From Phoronis australis (Eukaryota; Animalia; Phoronida): a stretch of DNA of 64,000 nucleotides. Position numbers and translations under genes: made by a program. Numbering within the stretch: the stretch's first letter is position 1; each line of letters begins with the position of its first letter. This document shows positions 14,267-27,818 of the stretch, piece after piece. A model generated the notes under the pieces. That model made no database searches, had not been told where the DNA came from, and was given only the letters and a program-made list of their open reading frames with translations. The stretch is taken from positions 18,485 to 82,484 of the forward strand of contig NMRA01000006.1 in the NCBI GenBank assembly GCA_002633005.1, read 5' to 3'.

Positions 14267-15489
14267 ATGTATATAGAGGGACAAAGGGACATTTCCCCGG
14301 AACTGATCCACCGAGAGAGCGTACCATCTGAAATGGGACACCTTAAGATGAAAGGCTAAAGATCGTTAAGCTTGGAAAAACGTGACAGTTCATTTCACCC
14401 TCGTGTGGCCCCAAAACGATGCAGGGAGTGACCTCCTCCACCATGAAAGCACGATTTCACAAAAAACACAGGAAAATAGAGGTAATCGATTCCAACATTG
14501 GCCCTTTCACCGAAGGCGGCCCCGTTAGAATTTCTTAATAAAAACACAAAAAGATGGCCACTTGCATGTCGTCAATGGCCTCCTTCAAAGGCGAGGCCCC
14601 TAAACATGAAAATATCTATATTTTCAAATATCAGGAAATGCGCAGTAGTTGATGTTATCTGTTAGGTCATCAATTTTTCTCAAGTGATATACAGTTTCGA
14701 GAAAAAAAATAAAGTGTAAGATATCTCCGTTATCCCTTACCAGAGAGGGGCCTCTAGAAAAATATAGTTTTGCATTCGCAAAATTGACAGATTGAATCTA
14801 AACATCCATTAAATTAGTACGCTCTGCAAAAGCTTCGCTTTACAAATTCTCTCTTGCGTTTAGACGATCTGTGCTGCAAAAGCTAAGACCCTAACGACAG
14901 TGTCCTGGCCAGGTTTCTCAAAAGGTAAACCATGCACTGATGCAGATTTGTTAAATATTCTCTTGAAAATTCTCTTTTATCCGTTTTTCGCAGTCTTTAT
15001 TTTCTCGACTGTCCCTGGCACCACGCCTATGTGGGTTGTCACGGTTTAACGCAGACGCCTGAAAATTTTTACGGGGGCCCGTGCCCCTCGCTTCCCCCCC
15101 TTCCCCCGCTTCCTACGGCCCTGGAACTGTATGCAAATTAACTGACACATTTCAAATTCCCTGGTTGTTGATACTTTTTATGCATATTATATGAAAAGTT
15201 TCACATATAGAGTGCGAAATTATGTTTCCACCACATCATTTTACTTTTAATTTTACCACGCCGTCAGCAATTCAACATAAGTTTACGTTGGTGCAGTTTC
15301 ACGCATTTCGTATTTGTAGGTTGATTCGATTTTATCACCTTTCAATAGGTGAACAAAAGTTGATAAACCGATGTCAAGACCGGAGAGGCCAATGGTGAAC
15401 GAACAGAAAACAGTTAAATGTTTGTTTGGCCAAAGCTCACCCGCTAAGTCATAAAATGGTAATTGCCGACGGAGGACACGCATAATCCG

Positions 15490-15670
15490 AATTGGTCGTC
15501 TATTCTAGGCGACCACTTTGCCGACCCAAGTGCCGACCGCAGAGGCGACTCAGCAGACGGCTCCTAGCAGACCATTGTTGGTCGGCTGCTGGTCGGCTAG
15601 ACGGCCGGTCGTCGACCGGTCGTCGACCAATTTCCGACCGGTCGGACAAAAATTCGTGATGTGTGCTGTA
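15490..15670. repeat. CpG-rich CCGAC/GTCGG palindromic cluster (likely transposon subterminal array)
   Basis: Dense ccgac/gtcgg/gtcgac motifs, e.g. CCGGTCGTCGACCGGTCGTCGACC, in AT-rich surroundings. Confidence 0.55.
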
Positions 15671-16197
15671 AAACCTGACTTTTTTATTTCATTCTACAGA
15701 AAACCATAAATGACCTAAATTACTTTAATTGGTTTAGTTTATGAGACAATCAAGTCCAAACTAAAATATAAACACATTAATTAACAAAGTAACCTTCAGC
15801 TATGATCAAATTAAAAATGATGATAAAAGTTTCAGTAATTGTTCTTTGAAAATTTAGGAAGATGTCCGATTTCCTTTTATTTTCGGAGTCAATTTATTAC
15901 ATAATTAACCATAAATATTGTAACAAAAACATTTAAAAATGAATTTCTGTTAAAGGTAAAACATTTTAGAGTTGATTTAATGCATATTCATACTAGTTTG
16001 ACAGTTTTTCTCAGCCAGAGAAAACAATTAGACTTATTTTTCATTGAAAACGTATATGCTATATTAATTAGGATAATTACCATCGTAAGTGTCAGGAAAA
16101 TTACTTTTTTACTTTTAACTTATTTGTACAAGTTATTAACATTAATTTTAAATCAAAATAAAGCCTCCTGCTTATCACCTGAAACAGTAATGAAACA

Positions 16198-16370
16198 NNN
16201 NNNNNNNNNNNNNNNNNNNNNNNNNNNNNNNNNNNNNNNNNNNNNNNNNNNNNNNNNNNNNNNNNNNNNNNNNNNNNNNNNNNNNNNNNNNNNNNNNNNN
16301 NNNNNNNNNNNNNNNNNNNNNNNNNNNNNNNNNNNNNNNNNNNNNNNNNNNNNNNNNNNNNNNNNNNNNN
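16198..16370. other. Assembly gap (N-run)
   Basis: 173 Ns. Confidence 1.
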
Positions 16371-17939
16371 GCTTCACAAAGGCTCTAAAGCAAATTAAGG
16401 TAAGCAAAGTTTGCCATGCGGTGACTGAAAGAAAAAAACGCATAATTTTAAATCAGCATCTAAAAACTTGCCGACTTAATATCCAAAAAAGCCAAGACCA
16501 GAACCAGCATTGGCGAATGGAATAATTTTACAACACGATTTTTAAATCATTTTTTGTTTTTCTTCTGCGTACTTTGACCGGTGTACTCGGAGAAACGATG
16601 AGTCTTTATATTTATATTTATCTAAAACGTGGAAATGCAACGAGGCAAAACTGGATAGGTGATTATGTTGTCAACAACTTAGCGTTTCGCTTTTTTGACA
16701 ATATCTACTGTATATCTTGTTTTCAATTCGAACTTTCCTTGATAGCATTGAATATGTTCACCGGTGTAGGGGCATTCATGCGTTTTATTCAAATATTCCG
16801 TTTATTGGCTTTTCTGTAATCCTACTTCACCTCATGTTGATAGTATTTGTCAAATTCTGCAATTTACTAGGATCAATTCTTACGGTTTTCACATCAGTCT
16901 TCAGTATGTTAGATATACCTAATTTTGACGCTTTTGGCAGAAGTATTTATTTTACTTTTCTCATTATCTGAACATGAACCAGGATGTTGCAGCCACCGGC
17001 AGCAATGAAGACGTGGTTGATGTATTTCATGTTTTATTCGTCGTTATTGCAGCTGAATTTTCAAGGGAAAATTCAATGTGAATGTGGTGTGATAAACAGG
17101 AGTGTAATAATTAAGATATTCCGCGTAAAGTCAGATTGTCACATTAATACCCGCGATGATCCTCGAGGACGCCTTCCCTAGACCCAAGAAATTACTCAAA
17201 CACTTAGAGGCGAGAAATCTTCGTTTATGGAACGAAAACAGTATATTAAGTCACATCATTTAACTTTCATTTTGGGTAGTATTACTTTTTGGCGATGCAG
17301 TTAGGCTTACGGAAATCAGCCTCGGTGTATCGCAGTCTTAAAACAGTTGCAAAATCATTAGTGTTTTGTATGGAAAGAGGGCGATAACAGCCGATCTTGC
17401 GGATGGAGTAAGTTTACAATCGGTTTCGCCACACAGCGCTACCTACTTCTTGATCTGCCAATGATAGAGGTGTACAGATAATGCGTTCATTCTATATCAC
17501 GACGCATTCAAATATATTCAAATAAACAACCGTGCATTTCATTTTTTCCGCGGAACAATGGTTTAATCACTGACATAATGTCCCTAAAGATGGGGCTGCA
17601 ACGTCTTCAACAGAAACGACGAAAAAGCTAACGTGACAGCTTGGTGCTCTTTACTTTCCTTTCGCCCCAAAAAGAAGGCGGTGACATACAATTTTGTAAT
17701 TTTGCCCTGCTCAAATGTTCATGCTGTCTTTTAAGGATACTGTTTCCGCTTTATTTTGGTTATAAACTTCATCAGACCTTTCTTAACGCAAGTTGATTCA
17801 GGAGGACCGTTTGTCCAAGTAATGCTGATTCAACACAACTATAAATGTTTTCATCTCAACTGAATTTGTTAGCAATGTTTAGTATAAATTTTATTTGTGA
17901 TGATACACCACCACCTAAGATGGCCGCCGTAGTGATAGC
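16371..17939 (+). repeat. Segment duplicated at 7780-9479 (copy 2, starts at the gap edge)
   Basis: Identical ORF translations in the track. Has an extra 12 bp (GGGAAAATTCAA), lacks ~140 bp of 8830-8970, and lacks the Academ insertion. Confidence 0.95.
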
Positions 17940-20319
17940 TGACTCATGCGTTATAGGTACTCGCTCAACTGCGGCCATATACATGTATAATGAAGTTTCT
18001 GTAGATAGCAAGCACACTTTAACACAGAGCACAATAATAAACTCGAGGTGGTTTATAACACGGACAGTAACAAAATGGTCAAGCTGGTGATGTTACAGAT
18101 ACAAAACGCTCAATAAAGACCCACCTGCGCAAGTTGTAACGTGTCAGTCCATCCACTAATTTGCTAACCAGATTTTCTGATGATAATAAACAGCGTTACT
18201 TGAGTTCCCCATCTAGCTTTTTGAGTGTGTATTTCAATTCCCCATTAAATTATTGGGATTGTTCCAGACTATAATATTTCATAACGCGATAATTTCGACA
18301 TCTATCGCCCTCTGTTGCTAATGTTGCACTACTTCGGACTGAAACGAGGCTAACAGGGTGTGGTGGTCGACCATGCGTCGGATGAGCAGTTGTCAGAATA
18401 AATATTGATTAAGTAATTAGTAAGAATAGAACCATTTTAAGTAGCCCAAAATTTGTGCATATTTACTTTTAAATCATGGGGTCAGACTTGTTGACATGTA
18501 CTTTAACGTCAAAATCTTATTTTAAATGGTGTTTACAACTTTGGGTTCTGGGGTCAAAGTACTCTAGAGATTATAGAAAATTCTGAGAACAATTAAACTG
18601 TAACAGCAAATGATATGATTGGATATGATTATATTTTTTTATTAACCAATCACTAAATAAGCAGAATATTATAATATGAGCTTAAGTCAACAACATATTC
18701 AGATGCGCTATAGTATTTGAAGCATAAAGACTTGCTACAGTGTACAGAGGAAATTGTACGACAGAGCCATCTCGTGGAAGATTCTAGAAAAGATCTTGGC
18801 AAGGGCAAGGGTTAACGAACAGGCAGTTAACTAAGAGCTTGTCACTTGCATCGTGGGTAGTAAGATACTACCTGAAGTGTTGCGTCATCAGCCAGAGACT
18901 GTGACCAGCAAGAAAAATCGCGGGTAGAAGAAATTGCCTGCAAGTGTTGCATCACCTGAGACGGTGACCAGCAAGTACACTGTCGCTATACAGAAGATTT
19001 ATCAACAAGAAAGTCATCCAACAAGTGGAGAGTCATAGTTTGGATAGCAGATAAGACATTTGATTATTTTGGTTGATTGATTGACATAATTTTTAAAGAG
19101 GGCGCTAGCGTACATGTAGTTACTCTTCTTTGTAGTTGATTTCTTAATTAACAACAAGTTTCACTTGTCTAATTAGGGGTTATCATATAATAATTTAATT
19201 ACTGGATTTAATTATTCACTCTCCATCTACGCACAATCTCAAAGCATAGCTACCTTTTAAACAAACCCACCGTCAATCGTCTGACAACTGTGTTGGTGCA
19301 TTCTTCTTCTGCAACTGCTGGAAACTAATGTAATTGATTGATGGATGACTTGGCATTCAGAAAGTGACGTATTAGTACTAAATGTCATGTGACTACACTC
19401 GCCTTGCCTCATTGCAATTTCAGCCTCGAACAACAGAAATTAAAACGGTCTTGATGCATGATTACTATTTAAATATATGAGGTCCTCCATTATAAGTATT
19501 CCACGTGATTGACAAAAATAGCACTCTAACGCTCTACTAATCACATGTAGGCCCTATTCGGAAGTTGTGAATGCTCGTTTTAAACGTCTCATTTACCCTT
19601 TCATCAGACCCCCTATCCACCTTCTCATAAAATTCCACATCAGAACACGGTATAAATATACCTCAAGGACGCGTTTTGTGAAAATTTCATTTGTAAACGC
19701 CTCCCCACCGAGCGAGTGGGAGCACGCTCCGGTAACACTGTGGTGGTGCTGATTCTATTACAAAAAGTCCCTTTCGAAAAATTCTCATTGTGAAGAGATG
19801 AGATGTACCTCCACCAAACTATGGGGAGGATAAAGTTAAAAAACGAATGAAATAAAGTTTTCTAGTTTATATGTCCATCCTCAACATCTCAGGTATTTTC
19901 GTAGCCTCAACTTTCCTCTTCACATGTGTGTACTTCAACCATACGGTCGACCATTTTGCAGTTTTGAAGACACGTGAATTGCTGTATGACTCAAGTACGC
20001 TCATGTGCGTTCAATTTCGAGGGGAATTTGAGCCTAGGAATGGTTGTGGGCTGCGTCATTTATTTTGCACGGTCTCGTGCCGCCATCTATCGATCGGGCA
20101 TAACAAAACATTGTACTTATAAATAGACACTACCTTGAGCAATCCACTGTTGTTATTAGGTTACAATACAAAACAAAACATTGTGCAAGTCTTTAATTTG
20201 CAAATAACTGAGGAAGGCAATACGTATATATGTGTATTAAAAGGATACCAAACCCGGTTTTGGCCTATTAATAGATATTAAATAGGACTTTCCCACCCAG
20301 TTCTCTGATAGTAAATAAT

Positions 20320-20475
20320 GCTCTGTGACCTTCGACAACCAACAAAAGTTTGGAGGAAAATTTGAAAATTCCTTTGGTGAACGGGCAAGCGTGACCTATG
20401 CTTTTAGCGAATTACAAAACCACTGCAGGAAAAGACCACCCACCAAGGACCGTTAAGTCCATTCTGTGAGATAGG
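20320..20475 (+). repeat. Dispersed repeat, also at ~41585-41742 (direct) and ~44235-44390 (inverted)
   Basis: Shared blocks GACAACC..CAAAAGTTT..AAGCGTGACCTA..CACCAAGGACC. Confidence 0.6.
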
Positions 20476-20844
20476 GAGTGTGAGTTTTTAGATGATTTCT
20501 GCCTTTAACGTGGAAGATTGACGTCATATTGATGTATCAGCAGGGGACAGAACGAGGATTGGTGGTAATCATCAAAACAGGATGTGCCCTTTTAATAACT
20601 TATGAATTGAAGGTTTCAACCGCTCCATAGACGCCTGTCGAAACAGCGCGCAGTAAACAATTTCAGTATTGCAAACACGGCGAAACGTTTTTATCATTCT
20701 GTTGATTGGTAAAACGAAAAAATACGGATACCTGAGTGAATTTGTGACCCAAGTCGAAGACCATGCCTGCCAATCGAATCCACATACATTGGGGACACTT
20801 GACTGAGGTGTGACCACGAATTACAAGTATGGTATCCCTGTTGT

Positions 20845-21128
20845 AGGCCAAATGCGACATAAGTCCTATTTATTCCAGTAATAGTTCTTAGCCAATCAGA
20901 AGCCAAGAATAATTATTTTGATAAATATTTATCGCTGGAAAAATATTTATTACTGGAATAAATATTTTTACTGTAATTATTCCTGATATCTGATTGTTTG
21001 ACTTATTACAGTAATAAATATATTTTTACATTGATTATTCCTGGCTTCTGATTGGCTATAGATTTATTACTGGAATAAATCGGGAATTATTACTGTATAG
21101 TAAATAGGACTTAGGTCTCATTTGGCCT
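20845..21128. mobile_element. PIF/Harbinger-like MITE (284 bp)
   Basis: TIR AGGCCAAATGCGACATAAGTCCTATTTA / TAAATAGGACTTAGGTCTCATTTGGCCT, a 3-bp TSD TGT on both sides, and internal inverted repeats. Confidence 0.8.
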
Positions 21129-21168
21129 TGTGGTATAATGAAATACGATGTGGCCGTCAGGTGGCGCC

Positions 21169-21816
21169 TGTTGTAATAAAACAACATACGAGTACCCTTG
21201 AAGTGACTGTGGTAATATATTTAACCAGTTTGCAGCGTTGTGATTACAAACAGAATCAGTTACAGACATAATGATTACTACAAGCAAACAGACTGATGAC
21301 TGTAAGACTGAGGAGATACCTCGATTCTAGCCACTACCAGGCCCCATGCCCTACAGTTATTTGGAGATCGGCCCGCTGACCAACTACTAGTCAGGCTGAG
21401 ACGAAAGCCTCACTGCCGTACTGAAAGTTTTATACTTCTCTCCCGGGAAGAGAGTCAAATCGTCTTGTCTCCTCAGCGGTAAGGTCTGCTGGTAGTCTCG
21501 TCTGGTTTCAGCGGTCTGAGGGCCGGCCGGGCGCGGTGGCCTTCGGTCTGACTCTGCCGCGAGAGCCAAGCCTTATATACTATTCTAATGATAACCATGC
21601 GTTGTTTCCAGTCGTGACGATCAAAGCCCACGCACGATACTTGTATAATATTAGCTAATAATTGGGCAGTTCTTGCATAATGCTTGTGAATTCAGCATAG
21701 GACTTGTGATAAGCTCTGCCAGGGCAGAGATACGACTATATACGCTAAATTTGAAAGGCCTCGATTAGAACAGTTTGGAGGGCATAACCGCATTGTAGGC
21801 CTACTACTGCGATACA
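21169..21816 (-). mobile_element. Solo LTR (648 bp)
   Basis: TGT...ACA termini and a perfect 4-bp TSD CGCC at 21165-21168 and 21817-21820. Minus-strand TATA-like AGTATATAAG near 21575. No internal coding region or PBS. Confidence 0.7.
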
Positions 21817-22859
21817 CGCCAACATGAGAAAAAGATCAGTCAAATTCGAATCAAGTATCCTGCCCAATCGATATCCCGCATCGGAACTGTGCACTAGTCC
21901 ACTAACTCACCACACTTCGTAATTAAAGCAGTAGAGGATAACATGTGCATGATCCTAGCTTTTTTAAAGAGGCAAGGAACGCGAAAGCTTGTCAAAAATA
22001 TCTTTCAAACAGTTTCCTACCAAAGCACCGTCTCGCAACGTTTAGTACAAAGTAATTTACTTAGGATTTCTAAGCGTATAGGATAAATACTTCGGTCGAG
22101 GTCGATACGTGGAATAACTTCACGTACGTCAATCGAGGTACGTTTTTTGTATATATTGTCTTGAGAATTATCTAGAAATACATGTAGTTAGCATCCCACA
22201 TGTTTTCATCCAGCCTCTGACTCGATTGCGATGTTCAAATCATTTGTTACTAGTGGAAAGAGATCGCCACACAAATATTCCCTGTGAAAACAGGTTGTGT
22301 GAGTTATTCGGGGTGTGTAGAGGACGAATATCACGTTGTGTTAGTTAGCAGTGCGTACTAAGACCTTCGGGTCGAGTACTTAAGTAATCGTTTTTGTCAT
22401 TCTCAAACGACATCTAACTTTGTATCTCTCATGAGAACTCCGGATATTTTACTTATAAAATTCATCGATCATGCTCTGAAGCGTAACAATTTATTATCCA
22501 GTTTGAAACGTGGCACCTGTCAATGTTCTGTCTTGTACATGATATACTTTGGGCCTATGGCCATTTGTATATATTTCAATAAATCACATTAAAAATTAAA
22601 GGTATTTATTTATTTGGTATGCAGGTTGCATTCTGTTTCAGTGACAGAGAACCATTTTCAATATGGCAATTTATTCTGTTGATCGCATTCCAGGTCTCTT
22701 TAATCGAAAGAGAAAATATGCCATTGATTTTTGTATAGGCCGAAATGCCATTATAGGAGAAGACAACATTTTTCATGTTATTTTTAGTAAAATTGCGGTT
22801 CGATGATTATTCAGATAATAACGGCTTCCCGTAATTTTATTAATTAGTCATGCCTTACT

Positions 22860-23450
22860 CCGGAAGTGACAGTTTGGTTATCACCCTATTTACACTTTTG
22901 TATATAATAAAAATTAAGCTTTAAGGACGCGTGAAATGTTTAGTGTACCTGTAATGTGGAAAGTTCAGGGATGGGCTCATAATGAACTTAACTAATTAAG
23001 TTTCGCTGGCGATCAAAATCTACCACTGTTTAGGAACTTCAAGTTTAAAATTTAGATAAAAACTTATCAACCCGTTCCCGGTAAGAAAAAAACAAGTGGG
23101 CAGAAGCATTAAAACTTAAATAACGAAAACCAATACGAAGCATATCATTCTTTTGGGAAGTGACCCTTTGTGAAGATAAACACAAAATAACCTTTTAGTC
23201 ATTTTGTAACGTTTATAATGTACCAAGTAAAAACTAATCTCCAGAGTAGCAGGCTGTAAGTCTGCAAATGTCAGAGAAAACCAAATTGGGGGTACTAACA
23301 ACAACCATTGTTGAGACGGTAATGCTAGCTATCACCTTTCCACTTGATTATCTAAGATCTAAATCAATACACAGAGGCGTGCTGAATAGGCATCGTAAGA
23401 GTTGTCTGGGGTTAAGGGAATCTGAGCGGTAACCAGTGTAAGCGAGAAAT
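22860..23450 (+). repeat. Dispersed repeat with an inverted copy at ~31040-31635
   Basis: For example CCAGTGTAAGCGAG versus CTCGCTTACACTGG, and GCTGAATAGG versus CCTATTCAGC; colinear over ~600 bp. Confidence 0.75.
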
Positions 23451-25615
23451 TAATTGTCCACATGATGTGCTTGAACACGGTCACCCGTCGCTCTCATTTT
23501 AAAAAGACAAAAAACGACGAAACTTTACAGTTCACACGTGTTTACGACTCCCACGAGAACGGATTACTTAGAATACTGTGGCACTGCGCAAATGAGACCG
23601 TTGCGGGTTCATAAATTCTTGAAATTCATTGTTACTTTCTCAGGAATTTTAAATCAGGTAGTATACTGATATTCCACGCTAATTTCTGTGTATTTACTTT
23701 GAAATTATAAGTGTAAATCAAATTCTTAGTGGATATAAAATCGGGTGTACTTCTAACGCCATCAGCTAATGTGTGTTAACATGAAAACGCATGTTACCGG
23801 AATACTTAGGAATTTCGACCGACCCGAAAATGAGGGTAGGATTTTCGGGCCGGTCTATCACGACCAAAATACGTTATGTTTTGCCCGCCCAAACACATTT
23901 CAGAACATCCTGAAATCTATCCAATCATTCTACACACCTATATTAGGCTCTAGAATATTCAAGATTGATATCTAGGCCTAGTAAACTGGAAAGTTCTAGA
24001 ATCTTCTTTGTTATTCGAATGTAAACAATTTACATCACTAGCCTGCCCTCATAAGTCATGCCAATCAAGTGCAATCAGCCTGTAACCAAAGAGAATAGCA
24101 AAACAAAACTTATTAAACTAAGACCAGGGACAGTCTACTCCCGATTTTTTTTTCTGGCTACATGGGGCTTTTTTGCTGTCACCAGAATTTCGTTGATATC
24201 ATAAGAGACCTTGTTGGGTAAACCACCTCTCATAGCCTATGCTTTGTTGCAGTAAACGTTATTTTCAAGAAATTCGACTTACAAAACAACTCTGATATCC
24301 TATGCCACGTTCCCTAACGTATGCATTTTTCAGACTTCATTCCTTGAGAATAAAATCTGCAATAGTGCCGAGTAGGGACAGTCCTCAAGGGTTTAGTTAA
24401 AAACGTCTAAATTTAACAAATAGTAGTAATAAACTGAGACGACAATTGAATGATTAGATGACGATTGTATACAATCTCCGAAGTACTGAGTGCAAAGATT
24501 GGTGAACGTGACAATGAAAATTGCCGGTCAGTTTTTTTTAAGCTCTGATAGCGTGGTGTACTTTTGCTGATTCAATTATTTTTAAGAAATACTTTCGTAG
24601 AGCTTGAGAGAAAATTAATGGCTTAAGTCGTTTTTTGATGAAATAGTCCCCAATTATCAAAAGCACAAACAGACATCCTTTTGATGCCCAGTGTTGCAAG
24701 AAATGTCATGCTTTTTTCATCTAAAAATACCCGTGTGTTGTAAGATGTCGAGATCTTTATGACGAGGTGTCAGAAAAATGATGCATGCTGGAGTTGGCTT
24801 GCGAAGTGATGGGTTTCCATAGAATCGTCAGAATGGCTGACAATGTAGAAAATCGATCCACGTCACACATTTTTTTGTTTTATGACTCACTTGGGGTAAC
24901 ATTGAATTATTGGCTCCAGGTAAATCAAAATAACTCATTTCATCATTTTTCCCTGTCACGTGATGGATACCTTGCCAGTAAGCTGTTAAAGCAAGATTTT
25001 TGATATAAAGTGATGAATTTTAGCACTGGTTGATGTAACTTCGGCAGTCGTTGATTAGCTTTACTTTGGTGGACTGAACGATTTTAGCATTGCCAATGTC
25101 TTTGGGAGCCAAGTTTTCTCTCCACAGTGTCAAAAACGTCAGAAAGACCGAGTTAAGTTATTTGCGACCTGGACAGTTCATGAACTTGACATCGGTAGCC
25201 GAAAGGGCACTCTCAATAGAGTAAAAGTCGGCGACAGTAGAAAAATGCTCACCGAAAAGGCACAGCAACAACTTTCCTGTTCACATTTCTTGAACATAAA
25301 TCAATTTAAATCGACTTAAAAGTCGATTTGCTTGTACAACACACCACCAGCTATATCCACATTTACAGTTCCTCAATCAGACATGCCGTTTGTTAAAGTG
25401 CTACCTTTTGACAAATCGACCAGCCAATAAGAAAATCATGTGTAAAAATTATCCCGAGGAAAATAAAAAATGATACCTGCGTGTCCCCTTACCCCTAGCG
25501 GACACGCAAGGAACCAGCGAGTGTGAATTTCCATTTGTCCGCTCGATTGGGTTTTGATCGAATGTTGCAGCCTAATTTTAATGCTTCATTCTCATGTTGT
25601 CCTTTTTGTTCATAA

Positions 25616-26527
25616 AGCCCTTTCATATTGATTTAACTCCGGTCTGGGCGGAGCGTCGACGTAAACAGCGAAGTTAACTAGACCGTTCATACTGGCTTCG
25701 GTAGTTAGTGAAAATCGAAGTAAACTGTAGGTGACATTGTCGGAATCGAAGTTATCGCAAGGTAGCGCTGCACGCTCAGATTTTTTTCAAAGTGACAATT
25801 TTGGAACATGTACATGTGGTAATTGACATAAGACTTATTTTTAAAACAACTGGTGATTATTAGAGCAAAATATAAGCAACTATTAGCGACGGCACTACCA
25901 TGTAATTGTTGACAATAACAGTGTCACCTGGCGTTAACTTCGATAGGACCGAAATTGACCATCCATACTGCACAGCAGCGTCGACGCTGCGCAAGTGTTA
26001 AATCCACCTATAATGGAATTATAAAGTGACACTATTGAGGTACGGCTCCAGATCATTACTTACAAACCCGTCAATTCCACTGGTCATTCTTTACGCTCAC
26101 CGACCCGTGGCACTGGTTGAACTCCGCCTAGATTTCTTTTAAGGGCCTTCCATACTAACGTCGACGCGTCGATGGTTCGGGGAGTTGCGGTTAGTATGAA
26201 CGCTTAACTCCGGTCCTGGATCGTAGTTAACAGCTCCAGTTAACATCGCAGTTAACAGCTCTAGTTAACATCTCAGTTAACAGGCGAATTTAATAGCGCA
26301 GCGTCGACGCTGCGGTGCAGTATGAACGGTTAAATTCGGACCAATCGAAGTTATCGCCAGATGTCACTGTTACCGTCAACAATTACAGGGTCGTGCCGTC
26401 ACTAATAGCTGCTTATATTTCGCTCTAATAATAACCAATCGACTTGAAAATAAGTTTAATGTCAATTAGCACACGTAAATGTTCCCAAATTGTCACATTT
26501 AAAAAATCAATCAATATGAAAGGGCCT
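25616..26527. mobile_element. Fold-back Harbinger-like non-autonomous element with long internal inverted repeats
   Basis: Termini AGCCCTTTCATATTGATT / AATCAATATGAAAGGGCCT with TAA/TTA flanks. ~210-bp inverted arms at ~25780-25992 and ~26296-26505. Palindrome GCAGCGTCGACGCTGC occurs twice, and tandem GTTAAC units lie at 26224-26283. Confidence 0.75.
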
Positions 26528-27818
26528 TTAGGCTTTTAGCTCCCGCCTTACACCATAGGTTCACATCGGAGGCGAACATTTCTGGCGTTTTTGCAAGCTG
26601 TGAACTGGGTAACAGCGCCACTTTCGACAACCTATCAAACTACTTTTTTAAAGTCTTTGATCACGACACGCCTGGATAAAAAGCCGTTCTACAGAATTTT
26701 ACGGAGAAGTGGCTTTTTGGTTTCTGACTTTTTGTTCTTCAGTTATAGCTGTGATCACATAACGTTCCATAACTACGAGCGTTTGAATATGTGGATTTGT
26801 ATATTATTACTGTTTTGTAATCTTTCTAAAATGATTCATTTGTGCAATGTTTACCTGTTTTCCAGTCCCAACGTGATCTTATAAAATTGTTAGATTCACA
26901 GAAGTCTTAGTTGTAACTTGCTTGAACTTCAGTTCAAGGTAAAAACTTATTCAGCATAACAACAATGTTCTCGCATTGGTCGGTTCCGGATAAGAACGGG
27001 GATAATGAGAGTCTGGCTAACAAAATGGTTGATAATAACTTACTACCTGGACAAAACTAAATATCTTTGAAAAATACTTGAGTTCAAATACATTCACTGA
27101 CACTTAGTAGCATGTTATATAATATTTTCTTTATTTTCAGAGTTTCGCAAACACACTGAGCACGTGGATTTGCAGTTTGACAGATGACTAGTAATTAGTC
27201 ATTTACCAAAGGCCTATCGATGCAGAAGCTTGTCAATTAAAATTACAAGTCTTAACAGGCGTATTTAGAGAATGGGAATAGGCGAATGCGAAGTTTTCTG
27301 ATTTGAAAATCAAATAGGCTTACTTCCACGTACTACCTAGGCAACGTGTCGCATCCAATCTGTCATTATTACATAGATTTGTCATTTACAGCGAGTTCTA
27401 CATCTGTTAATGGACAGGCGAGGTCAAGCCAACCGCTTTTATACACAAAGCTACATGCGTCGGGACATAAGCTGTCGTTAAGCATTGGACTAGATCGCGA
27501 TCCGGACATATTTAAAGGACGTTATGCATTACGAATTCAGGATGGTGGACACTCTTTCTCGACCACAAGAATTTTAGGTTCAACGCAAAAGGTTATATAG
27601 GCCGGTCTAAATTTAGTACAGAGCTAAGTACGCTCGAAAAGACCGCCGACCAGCGAGCGGAACAAAGTTGGTCCGGAATTCCTGTTGTTAGTTACTTAAA
27701 ATGCATTTTATATTGTCACATGGCCAATTCTTTTAGACTACTCAGTAAGGTTCCCGAGTAAGGGGTAATATTTCATTTACCATTAGTTCGTGATTTGTAT
27801 TTTGATTATGTAGATTAA

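Noticed and set aside
15980-16525. 181-aa and 96-aa ORFs
   Set aside because: They span the N-gap and have no coding signal.
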